Part shown: positions 9,138 to 17,911 of the stretch, piece by piece
Layout: every line of letters begins with the position of its first letter
How positions within the stretch are numbered: the first letter of the stretch is position 1
DNA from: an uncultured Syntrophobacterales bacterium
Lineage (GTDB): Bacteria; Desulfobacterota; Binatia; UBA9968; JAJDTQ01
Length of the DNA stretch: 64,000 bases
Assembly (NCBI GenBank): GCA_964519455.1
Contig: CAZFIU010000022.1
Location: forward strand, 461-64,460
Direction: 5' to 3'
Position numbers and translations under genes: made by a program
Notes under the pieces: model-generated
Databases searched by the model: none
Told to the model about the DNA's origin: nothing
Seen by the model: the letters and a program-made list of their open reading frames with translations, nothing else

Positions 9138-9911
9138 ATGAGTGACGTGAACGAACAGGCGCGCCACGACAGCTTCTACTTCAAGCTCTTCGACCGGCTC
9201 GACAAGCCAGGCTGCCCCATCTGCGCCATCGTCATCGACGACAGCCGCGCCTACCTGGACAGCGTCCTCTACGAACGCGTCACCGACGTGCCCACCCGCG
9301 AGGGGCTGCGGGAGTCCTTCGGCCTCTGCAACCCGCACACGTGGCTGCTGCGCGACCTGCCGGCATCCAGCGCCCCGGACCTGGGCTTCGCCATCATCGC
9401 CAGGGACCTGCTGAGCCGTTTCCACGACAGGGCCAATGCACCACGTGTGGCTGGATGGGCCACGCTCAAAGGTTGGCTGACACGCACTCGTTCAGGCCTC
9501 CGCGCACGACTCAAAAAGACGCCCTGTCCCGCCTGCGTGGTTGCCGCCCGGTCGGAGGCCGTCCACCTCCAACAACTGCTGGACCTGCTCGGAGACGGGA
9601 CCTTCGCCGAGCAGTACCGCAACTCTTTCGGTATCTGCATCCCGCATTTCCTCGTGGCCGAAGAAACCCATGGCGGCCACCCGCACTTCGCCGAACTCCG
9701 GCAACTCCAGATCCGCGCCGCACAATCCTTGCACGACACCCTCGACCGGTTCACCGAAAAACAGGACCACCGCGCGCGGGAGGAGGTCACCCCGGCCGAG
9801 GCCAGGGCGTGGACCGACGCCATGGAGTTTCTGAGAGGGAAGCGGGGTGTGTTCGACGGCGAGATGCGCCGGCCAGCTTCGCCGATATTTCCCAGGCTCT
9901 ACAAGCCGTAG
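9138..9911 (+). CDS. Hypothetical protein with an internally duplicated CxxC...C-x-P-H module (putative metal-binding; function unknown)
   Basis: 257 aa. The two halves share CPICA...FGLCNPHTWLL and CPACV...FGICIPHFLV. I recognise no characterised family with confidence. Confidence 0.6.
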   Translation: MSDVNEQARHDSFYFKLFDRLDKPGCPICAIVIDDSRAYLDSVLYERVTDVPTREGLRESFGLCNPHTWLLRDLPASSAPDLGFAIIARDLLSRFHDRANAPRVAGWATLKGWLTRTRSGLRARLKKTPCPACVVAARSEAVHLQQLLDLLGDGTFAEQYRNSFGICIPHFLVAEETHGGHPHFAELRQLQIRAAQSLHDTLDRFTEKQDHRAREEVTPAEARAWTDAMEFLRGKRGVFDGEMRRPASPIFPRLYKP

Positions 9912-9948
9912 GACCTGTGCGCGGCCCGCTTTCTTATCGCGCCTCGCC

Positions 9949-11133
9949 TCATCCCTCCGGGGCCGGCATCACACGGCGCAGGTAGGCGTCGAACAGCGGG
10001 ACGGTGAAGGCGGTGTCGCCGTGGGCGGGGCTGTAGATCATGCCTTTGCCGATGAGCTTCGCCCGGGTCGGGGCCACGACGCGGACGGACTGGCCGAGGA
10101 CGTCGGCGATTTCGCCGGAGCGGTGCGGGCCGGTGCCGAGTTCGGCCATGGCGCGGAGGTAGCGCTTTTCGGATGGCGCCAAGCGGTCGAAACGGGCGCG
10201 AAAGAAGCTGGCGTCCAGTTCGGCGGTTGCCTGTCGGGTGGCGGACTCGACGTCTTCCGCCGTCACCGGTGACGACCTGGCGCAATCCCAGCAGTGCTTG
10301 CCCCACTCCTGGAGGAAATAAGGGTAGCACTGGGTATCTTGCAGCACCGCATCCAGGGCAGCCGGTTGAAAGACGACGTCAAGGCGCCTTGCCGGCGCTT
10401 CGATGGCAAGCCTTGCGGAAACGGGGTCCAGCGGACCAATCCCCGGAAAAGTGAAGAGACGCTCGGAATAGGTCTTGGCGGACGCGGTGCGGGCGACCAG
10501 TTGCGGCAGACCCGCCCCCACCATAGTGACCGGCAAGCGGCTCTGGGCCGCGCGGTGCAGGGCGGCGATCAACGCGGCCAGTTCGCGTTCCTGCACATAC
10601 TGCAACTCGTCGACGAACAGCGCCACCGCCGTGTCCTGATCGCGGGCGGCTTCGCCGACGGATTCCAGGAGCGCCGTCAGGTCGGCGTCCAGGTTGCCGC
10701 TGTCGGCGAGGCCGTGTTCCGGGGCGAGATCCAGGCTGATGTTGAGGTCGCCGGTGCCTACCTTGATGGCGCTGACGAACCCGGCAAGCGCTCTGAGTGC
10801 CCGGCGGGCGGCGGCGCTGGCGGCAGCGATGCGATTCATGCGCACCAGCGCGGCGTGTAGCGGTGGAACAAGCAGGACGGGAAGCGACCTGTCTTCCGGC
10901 GCCTCCAGGAGGAGCGTTGTAAAGCCGCGGCCTCGGGCGTCGTCGCAGATCCGGTTGAGAAGGACGGTCTTGCCTACCCCCCGGAGACCCACCATCAGCA
11001 TGCTCTTGGCCGCCAAGCCGTTACGAATGCGGTCCAGGGCGATGGCAGCCTGCTCGATCAGCGCGTCTCGCCCAGCCAATTCCGGCGGCGGCGTCCCGGC
11101 CCCTGGTGCATAGGGATTCAGTCGTGGGTCCAT
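9949..11133 (-). CDS. ATP-binding protein (Arch_ATPase / AAA_16-like P-loop NTPase)
   Basis: Walker A (MVGLRGVGKTVLL) and Walker B-like (ALFVDELQY) motifs, about 390 aa, typical of the orphan ATPase-domain family. Confidence 0.8.
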   Translation of the reverse strand: MDPRLNPYAPGAGTPPPELAGRDALIEQAAIALDRIRNGLAAKSMLMVGLRGVGKTVLLNRICDDARGRGFTTLLLEAPEDRSLPVLLVPPLHAALVRMNRIAAASAAARRALRALAGFVSAIKVGTGDLNISLDLAPEHGLADSGNLDADLTALLESVGEAARDQDTAVALFVDELQYVQERELAALIAALHRAAQSRLPVTMVGAGLPQLVARTASAKTYSERLFTFPGIGPLDPVSARLAIEAPARRLDVVFQPAALDAVLQDTQCYPYFLQEWGKHCWDCARSSPVTAEDVESATRQATAELDASFFRARFDRLAPSEKRYLRAMAELGTGPHRSGEIADVLGQSVRVVAPTRAKLIGKGMIYSPAHGDTAFTVPLFDAYLRRVMPAPEG

Positions 11134-11237
11134 TTCAATCGAGGTTACCCAAGGTTACCTGAAATCGCAAACTTTCAGGCAAAGGACCCTCTCCTGCTAC
11201 GCGCGGGCCTCCGCCATCACCGTCGCAACGTTCGCCG

Positions 11238-12137
11238 TCAGTCCATGGTCCGCGGATCGAGGATGTCCCTCAGGCCGTCGCCGATCATGTTGAAGGCCAG
11301 GACCACGGCGAAGATGGCGGCGCCGGGGGCGATGGAGAGCCAGGGCTGGTTGAGGAGCTGGTTGACGCCGTCGCGGATCATGCCGCCCCAACTGGGGGTG
11401 GGGGGTTTCACGCCGAGGCCGATGAAGCTCAGGTTGGCTTCCTGGAGGATGGCGGTGGCGGTCCAGAGGCTTGCGACCACGAGCACCTCGTTCGAGATGT
11501 TGGGCAGGACGTGCTTGCAGATGATGCGCGCGTCGCTCATGCCGAGGGCGCGGGCGCCCTGGATGAAGTCCCGCTCCCGCAGCGAGATGGCGGAGCCGCG
11601 GGCGATGCGCGCGAAGCGCGGCGTGATGGCGATGGCGATGGCAATGGAGAGGTTCACCATGCCGGAACCCAGGACCGCCAGCACCATCAAGCCGAGGATC
11701 GTCGTGGGGAAGGTCATCAACAGGTCCGTCAGGCGGACCGTGACGGTATCGATGGCGCCGCCCTTGTAACCCGCGACGACCCCGAGGGTGCTGCCGAAGA
11801 TCAGCGCCATGCCCACCGCGGACAGGGCGATGCCCAGGGACACGCGTGCCCCCATGACGATGCGCGAGAGCACGTCCCTGCCGAAGCTGTCCGTGCCCAG
11901 AACGTGCTCCCCTCCGGGCGGCAAGTCTCCCTTGAGGAGGTTTTGCTGGACCGGATCGAAGGGGACCAGCCACGGGGCGAAAAGCGCCACCAGCAGGATC
12001 GCGGTGGTCAGGACAAGGCCTACCAACGTGGTCTTGTTGCGCTTCATGGCGCGCCAGACCCTGCTGCGGCGGCGGTGGCCGGACGAGACCGGGGCGCTCA
12101 CGGGTTCTTGTGTATCGGCGTTCATGGTTCGGTTCAC
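11238..12137 (-). CDS. ABC transporter permease (peptide/nickel type, DppC/OppC-like)
   Basis: Six TM segments and the EAA-like motif region (...ARALGMSDARIICKHVLPN...). Overlaps the upstream permease gene by 4 nt. Confidence 0.9.
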   Translation of the reverse strand: MNRTMNADTQEPVSAPVSSGHRRRSRVWRAMKRNKTTLVGLVLTTAILLVALFAPWLVPFDPVQQNLLKGDLPPGGEHVLGTDSFGRDVLSRIVMGARVSLGIALSAVGMALIFGSTLGVVAGYKGGAIDTVTVRLTDLLMTFPTTILGLMVLAVLGSGMVNLSIAIAIAITPRFARIARGSAISLRERDFIQGARALGMSDARIICKHVLPNISNEVLVVASLWTATAILQEANLSFIGLGVKPPTPSWGGMIRDGVNQLLNQPWLSIAPGAAIFAVVLAFNMIGDGLRDILDPRTMD

Positions 12138-13075
12138 TTGTACCGGATCCGCGGATCGATGAGGGCGTAAGTCAGGTCCGTCAACAGGTTCACCAGCACG
12201 ATGATTCCGGCGTAGAAGGTCATCACGGCCTGGAGCATCGCGTAGTCATGGGTGTTGATGCCGCCCACCATGAGCTTCCCCAGGCCCGGCCGGTTGAACA
12301 CGATGGTGACCAGGATGGAGCTGCCGATGAGGATGCCGGTGTAGATGCCGACCACGGAAACCACCGGCATCAGGGCGTTGCGGAGCGCATGCTTGTACAT
12401 CACCCAGCGCTCCTTGAGCCCCTTGGCCCGCGCCGTGCGCACGTACTCCATGTTGATGACCTCGAGGAGGGCGGACCGGGTGACCCGTGTGATGTAGGAC
12501 ATCATGGCCAACCCCACGCTCAGCGCCGGCAGCACCAGGTGGTGCAGACGGTCCCACGGGTCGTTCAGGTCGCCCGCGCCGATCACCGGGAAGAGGCGCA
12601 TCTGGTAGGCGAAGAAGAAGATCAGCAGAATGCCGAGGTAGAAGGACGGAGTGGAGATGCCCGCCAGCGAGAGCACCCTGGCGCAATAGTCCGTCATGGT
12701 GTTGCGCCGGCGCGCGGTGAGGATGCCCAGGGGAATGCCCAGCAGGAGACCCACCGCCAGTCCGGAGACGGCAAGGTCCAGCGTGTACGGAAGGGCGCGC
12801 CAGATCTGCGGCAGGATGGGCCTGCGGTTGGCCATGGAGATGCCGAGATCGCCCCGCAAGAGGCCCCAGACATAGTCCCGGAACTGGATCCACAGCGGCT
12901 CGTGGAGTCCCCAGCTCCGCCGGAACTGCTCCAGGGCTTCCGGCGGCGCCTCGTCGCCCAGGATGGCGTAGGCCGGATCGCCGGGCAGGATTCGCATCAC
13001 CACGAAAATGAAGACCATCACCCCCAGCATGGTGGGGATGGCCCACAGGGTCCTGCGAACGATGTATCCGCTCAT
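12134..13075 (-). CDS. ABC transporter permease (DppB/OppB-like)
   Basis: 313-aa BPD_transp_1-type permease (...YVRTARAKGLKERWVMYKHALRNAL...). Confidence 0.9.
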   Translation of the reverse strand: MSGYIVRRTLWAIPTMLGVMVFIFVVMRILPGDPAYAILGDEAPPEALEQFRRSWGLHEPLWIQFRDYVWGLLRGDLGISMANRRPILPQIWRALPYTLDLAVSGLAVGLLLGIPLGILTARRRNTMTDYCARVLSLAGISTPSFYLGILLIFFFAYQMRLFPVIGAGDLNDPWDRLHHLVLPALSVGLAMMSYITRVTRSALLEVINMEYVRTARAKGLKERWVMYKHALRNALMPVVSVVGIYTGILIGSSILVTIVFNRPGLGKLMVGGINTHDYAMLQAVMTFYAGIIVLVNLLTDLTYALIDPRIRYK

Positions 13076-13085
13076 TGCCGCCCGA

Positions 13086-14216
13086 TCAGTCGCTGATGTC
13101 CTGAAGGAACCAGCTCAGCGGCAACTCGTGGCCCAGGCCCCGGGCGCGGGCGCCCTCGTAGACCTTGCGGGCCGCTGCCGCGAACTGGATGGGTATGCCC
13201 TGGGTGACGAAGCAGGTGATTTCCCCGGAGGACGCCCTCCCGGGTTGGTTCCCGAGAACCACGTCGGAAAGGAACACCCGCTTCTCCCGGCCCATGGTCT
13301 GCTTCTCCCGGCGCAGCCACTCCGTGTCGATGGGCTCATAGCCCACGGCCGGGCGCCGTTCGGGGTCGGCGACGTGGTAGTCGGTTCTGGGCGTGCGGGA
13401 ATACACGTAGCGGTGGCACCGGCGGAACACGTCGTCGTCCATCTCGTTGGGCAACACGGCCAGGACGTGCATGCCGGGCTCCAGCCACTCTCCCTTGATC
13501 ACCGGCTCCAGCGAGTTGGTGCAGGCCGCGACGATGTCCGCCCCTTCCATCACGCGGCGCGGGTCGTCCACCGCCGCCACCGGGATTCCCAGGTTGGCGC
13601 CGGTGCGTTCGGCAAAGGCCGCCCGGTGCTCCGGGTTGGGGCTGTAGACGCGGACCTCGCGGATCGGCCGCACCTTGGCAATGGCCAGGGCGTGTGCCGT
13701 GGCCATGCCGGCTGTGCCGTAGAGACCCAGGACGGCGGCGTCCTCCCGGGCCATGTGCCTGACGCTGATGGCGCCCGCGGCCCCCACGCGCATGTGCTGG
13801 ACGTGGCCGTCGTTCATGATCGCCAGGGGCGCGCCGTCGTCGGTGCTGAAGAGCAGGATGAGGCCGCAGAACTTGCCCGGGGCGACGCAGTACTTCTTGA
13901 CCTGGGTGCCGGAGGCCGGAAGGATGTCCGACTTCATCCGGACGGCCAGCGCGTCCATCTTCGGGAGCGCCGAGGCCATGGGGTCCCAGGTGTACCAGCC
14001 GTCCCCGTCCGGCCGCGGCACCGAGTGCGTCGCCCGGGTGGCGGTGGCCCGCCCCAGACCCCACTCCCGGTAGGATTCCTCGACGGCGTCGATGGTGTCC
14101 TCCATGGTGAGGACCCGGGCCGCGGTCTCGTTGTCGATGAAGAGAACGCTCCGTTGCGCGATCTCCCGGTCGGCCTCGGTATTGCCGTGGTAGGTGACGT
14201 AGGCGTCGTTGTCCAT
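13086..14216 (-). CDS. Ornithine cyclodeaminase / mu-crystallin family protein
   Basis: Rossmann-fold segment LGLYGTAGMATAHALAIAKVRPIREVRVYSPN and overall length and family resemblance. Confidence 0.85.
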   Translation of the reverse strand: MDNDAYVTYHGNTEADREIAQRSVLFIDNETAARVLTMEDTIDAVEESYREWGLGRATATRATHSVPRPDGDGWYTWDPMASALPKMDALAVRMKSDILPASGTQVKKYCVAPGKFCGLILLFSTDDGAPLAIMNDGHVQHMRVGAAGAISVRHMAREDAAVLGLYGTAGMATAHALAIAKVRPIREVRVYSPNPEHRAAFAERTGANLGIPVAAVDDPRRVMEGADIVAACTNSLEPVIKGEWLEPGMHVLAVLPNEMDDDVFRRCHRYVYSRTPRTDYHVADPERRPAVGYEPIDTEWLRREKQTMGREKRVFLSDVVLGNQPGRASSGEITCFVTQGIPIQFAAAARKVYEGARARGLGHELPLSWFLQDISD

Positions 14217-14316
14217 GGTGCCGCCAGGCCCTCCCGGAACCTGCGCCTTGGTGCTTCGGTGCAGGGGCGACCGGCCGGCCGCCCCCGCACCGCGATCCGA
14301 TTACCGGGAAAGGCCG

Positions 14317-15390
14317 CTAACCCATCTTGGCATCCCACTTGAGCGGCACGCAGATGCACAGGTCCGACTCCAGCTTGAAGCCGATGTCGACGCTGGACTT
14401 GCGCGCGTAGACGTTCTTGATCTCGTGGGTGGGGAGTGCCGCCAGGTCCTCCAGGATCTTGACCTGGGCGTCCTCCCACGCCGCGATCTGCCCCCGCGGG
14501 TCCATCTGGGCCTTGGCCTTCTGAATGGACGGGTCCGCGCCGTTGAAATGGGAGAAGTTCCGTTTCGCGCCCTTGGCGAAGAACTCTTCCAGGATGAAGT
14601 TCGCCGTAGGGAAGCGCGTCGCCGCCCGCAGCACCAGCGGGTTGCTGCCCTCGTCGTTCTTCTTGTGCCAGGCCGGATGGGCGATGACGTTGATGTTGAT
14701 GTCGATGCCCACCTGCTGCAACTGGTTCTGGAGCACCTCGATGGGGCGCCGGAACATGGGCTTTTCGCTGATGAAGACCGGATCGATCTTGAAGCCCTTG
14801 GGGAAGCCGGCGTCGGCCAGAAGCTGCTTCGCCTTTTCCGGGTTGTAGTCGTACCGGAGTTCCGCGGGCACGTCCTTGAGGGAACCCACGAACGTGGGCG
14901 GGATCACCGAGTGAAGGACCGACGCCACGTCGGGGCCGATGAAGCGGACGAGCGCCTCGCGGTTGATGGAGTGGGCGATGGCCTTGCGCACCCGGAGGTC
15001 GTCCAGCGGCTTGCGCGTCCGGTCCATGTGAAGCTTCACCACCGTGGAAGGACCGAAGGACTCGATGGCCACGCCCGGGCCCTTGACCTGGTTGATGGCG
15101 CGCTGCTCCCGGGCCAATTCGATGATGTGCAACTCCCCGGCCTTGAAGGCGAGGTTCCGGCTGCTGGCGTCCGGCAGGAAGCGGAAATTGATCTGCCTGA
15201 TGTTGGGCTTGCCCCGGTAGTAGCCGTCGTTCCGAACCAGCACCAGCCGCTCCTGCGGTATGTGCTCCTTGAACGCGAACGGGCCGGTGCCGATGGGATG
15301 GGTCCGCCGGTGCTCCAGTGCCAGGCGTTCCAGTGCCGAGGTTCGATGTGGCTTTACCCGGTGATTTTCGCTATAGGTACACCCCGTATG
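14317..15390 (-). pseudogene. 5'-truncated ABC transporter substrate-binding protein (family 5, DppA/OppA-like); the N-terminal roughly 200 aa and the signal peptide are missing
   Basis: The reading frame is open back to a stop at 15391-15393, but the conserved region begins mid-protein (...HPIGTGPFAFKEHIPQERLVLVRNDGYYRGKPN...). No ATG is present and only an internal GTG is available. Repeat copy 4 and a plus-strand gene occupy the space where the 5' end should be. Confidence 0.65.
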
Positions 15391-15527
15391 TCACGCTCTC
15401 GTGAAAACCCGCGCACGAGCGCGGTTGAGCAAGGCCATATCAAAGCCCCGAACGCGCTGTCAACGACGTTCTTCGGCCTGCACGCGTCCCGGAATGACCG
15501 GATCAGGCCAAGGCGGCGCCGTACCAA

Positions 15528-15865
15528 CTCGTCATTCCGCGGAAGAGGCTGTGTCAAAACGTTGGCCGGACAAGAGGTGGCACCCACACCCCAATGAGTC
15601 ATTCCCGCGGAAGCGGGAATCCAGGGGTGGGGGGTCTGGCGGCCTTATTGCCCGGCCCCACCCCGCCTGGATTCCCGCTTCCGCGGGAATGACTCATTGG
15701 GGTGTGGCAGGATTCCGTAACTACCAGAAATCATTGGACAAGTTCTTATTTTCATATCAATGACGGTTCGGGGTGGCCGTGCCATTCCGTGTTCGTTTGG
15801 AGTTTTGACACAGCCTGGAAAGCGGGAATCCAGGCGGGGCGAGGCGGGGCTTTGACACCGCTCGC
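15528..15865 (+). repeat. MITE/REP-like palindromic element, copy 4 (full length plus a partial extra hairpin)
   Basis: Left end ggctgtgtcaaaacg, both hairpins, tail, and right inverted repeat gagttttgacacagcc, followed by tggaaagcgggaatccaggcgggg. Confidence 0.85.
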
Positions 15866-15874
15866 GATGCGACA

Positions 15875-16135
15875 TTGGCCCGGAAGGGAGCAGGCGTGAT
15901 TCGAGTCGACCCCCACAAGTGCGACGGCTGCGGCATCTGCGTGTACGACTGCGGCGCCGACGTGTTCCGCTTCACCAACAAGAAGGACAAGGTCTTCCCC
16001 TTCGGCAACAAGTACTGCGTCAACTGCTTCCTGTGCGAGCTGGTCTGTCCCGAAGACGCCATCGAGGTAGTGTTGCGGCCCAAGAAGAAAAAGGCCGCGG
16101 CGGCCGCCGGAGCCACCGGCTCGGCAGACGCATGA
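15875..16135 (+). CDS. 2[4Fe-4S] dicluster ferredoxin
   Basis: Two CxxCxxC...CP motifs (CDGCGICVYDC and CVNCFLCELVCP). A likely alternative GTG start at about 15896 follows the RBS gaagggag. Confidence 0.75.
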   Translation: MARKGAGVIRVDPHKCDGCGICVYDCGADVFRFTNKKDKVFPFGNKYCVNCFLCELVCPEDAIEVVLRPKKKKAAAAAGATGSADA

Positions 16136-16197
16136 GAAAGTTCATCGGGCGACACCGGCAGATGGGCCGGCACGCATAAGCCGGCCTCGGGAGACCC

Positions 16198-17874
16198 ATG
16201 AGCGATTCCATCCCCACCACCGACTGCGACGTACTCATCATCGGCGGCGGGCTGGCCGCGTGCATGGCCGCGTTGGAGGCCTCCAAGCGCAACATGGACG
16301 TGGTGCTGGTGGACAAGGGCCGGCTCGGGCGCAGCGGCTCCAGCCCCACTTCCGGCGGCGTCCCCCAGGCGGCCTTCGCCCACGCCGACCCCCGCGACAG
16401 CAAGGACATGCACTTCCGCGACACCATCGTGGGCGGCGACTTCATCCCCAACCAGAAGATCGTGCGCGCCATCGTCGACGAGGTTACCGACCGGGTCATC
16501 GAGCTGGAGGAGATGGGCCTTCACTTCAAGAAGACCCCGGACGGCAAGCAGTTCTACCAGGAGAAGCGCCTGGGCAGTTCCTACGCGCGAAGCTGTCCGC
16601 CGGTGGGCGGCAGCGTGGGCATGCTGGGCTACCTCCGCAAGGAGGTCTTCAACCGGGAAGTCCAGGTTCGGCAGTGGACCATGGTGACGAAGCTGCTGCG
16701 CCGGAACGGCCGGGTCACCGGCGCCTTCGGCATCAACGTCCAGAAGGGCACCTACGAAGCCTTCCGAGCCCGCGCCGTCGTGCTGGCCGCGGGCAGCGCC
16801 ATCGCGATCCAGAAGTACACCAGCGCCAACTTCCTCACCACGGGCGACGCCTACGTCGCGGCCTTCGACATCGGCGCCCCCTTGGCCAACCTCGAATTCC
16901 TGGAGTTCACGCTGATCCCGGCCCCTGGCGGCGAGGCCATCTCCATGGCCGGCCTGTCGCCGTTCACCAGCAAGGGCGGCCGCTTCTTCAACTCCCTGAA
17001 CGAGCGCTTTCTGGAACGGTACGACCCGGAGCGGCTGGAAGGCACCACGCGTGCCATCCTGGTGGGCGCCACCTACAAGGAGATGCTCGAAGGCCGCGGC
17101 CCCGTCTGCCTGGACCCGTCCTACATCCCGGACGAAAAGTGGGACGACGAGATCCAGTTCGAGTACACCCCCAAGCTCGGCAAGGCCGGCGTCAACCCCC
17201 GCTCCGACCGCTTCGAGTGGGTGCCCGCGCTGCACACCTTCCTGGGCGGCCTCGACATCAACGAACGTTGCGAGGTGGCCGGAGTGGAGGGTTTGTACGC
17301 TTCGGGCGAGTCCGCCACCGGCACCCACGGCTCCAACCGGCTCAGCGGCAACGCCATCGCCAGCGCCTTCGCCCTGGGCGCGCGGTCGGGCAAGTACGCC
17401 GCCATCTACGGCGCGGACGAGGAGATGGGAGAAGTGGACCCCGACGAGACCGCTGCCGAGATCGCGAGGATCGAGTCCTTCAAGCGCGACGACGGACTGG
17501 ACCCCGCCGAGCTGCACGAAGAGATCAAGAACGTCGCCTGGGAGAGCACCGGAGTCGTGAGGAACGAGCGCGGCCTGACCGCCGGTCTGGAGCGCTTCCG
17601 GGAAATCCGCAACGAAAAGGTCCCCCGGCTCAAGGCCGACGACCTCCGCGGCCTCATCAAGTCCCTCGAATGCTCGAACCTCTCATGGGTAGGCGAGATG
17701 GTTGCCGCCTGCGCCCTGGAACGCAAGGAATCCCGCGGCCAGCACACCCGTGACGACTACCCCGAACGGGACGACAAGAACTGCCTCAACTGGATCTCGG
17801 TGGAGAAGGAAGGCGACCGGGTGAAGGCGGTGGTCAAGCCGATCCCTTTCGAGGAGGGGGATCTGAAGCCCTGA
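16198..17874 (+). CDS. FAD-binding oxidoreductase of the succinate dehydrogenase / fumarate reductase / AprA / NadB flavoprotein family
   Basis: N-terminal FAD fold DVLIIGGGLAACMAALEA. Also HFRDTIVGGDFIPNQ (like the SdhA H-x-x-D-T-x-x-GGD motif) and the C-terminal capping-domain motif ESRGQHTRDDYPERDD. Confidence 0.85.
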   Translation: MSDSIPTTDCDVLIIGGGLAACMAALEASKRNMDVVLVDKGRLGRSGSSPTSGGVPQAAFAHADPRDSKDMHFRDTIVGGDFIPNQKIVRAIVDEVTDRVIELEEMGLHFKKTPDGKQFYQEKRLGSSYARSCPPVGGSVGMLGYLRKEVFNREVQVRQWTMVTKLLRRNGRVTGAFGINVQKGTYEAFRARAVVLAAGSAIAIQKYTSANFLTTGDAYVAAFDIGAPLANLEFLEFTLIPAPGGEAISMAGLSPFTSKGGRFFNSLNERFLERYDPERLEGTTRAILVGATYKEMLEGRGPVCLDPSYIPDEKWDDEIQFEYTPKLGKAGVNPRSDRFEWVPALHTFLGGLDINERCEVAGVEGLYASGESATGTHGSNRLSGNAIASAFALGARSGKYAAIYGADEEMGEVDPDETAAEIARIESFKRDDGLDPAELHEEIKNVAWESTGVVRNERGLTAGLERFREIRNEKVPRLKADDLRGLIKSLECSNLSWVGEMVAACALERKESRGQHTRDDYPERDDKNCLNWISVEKEGDRVKAVVKPIPFEEGDLKP

Positions 17875-17911
17875 AACAAGCGCACCAATCGTCCCGCACA
17901 GACGTGGAGCC

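Noticed and set aside
11160-11190. Hairpin cctgaaatcgcaaactttcagg downstream of the permease operon, as a rho-independent terminator
   Set aside because: A 7-bp stem with no following U-tract on the transcribed strand. It is too weak to call.
15757-17517. 586-aa minus-strand ORF opposite the ferredoxin and flavoprotein genes
   Set aside because: Low-complexity translation, and its C-terminus is the repeat-encoded peptide PPGFPLSRL. The plus-strand genes have clear Fe-S and FAD motifs.
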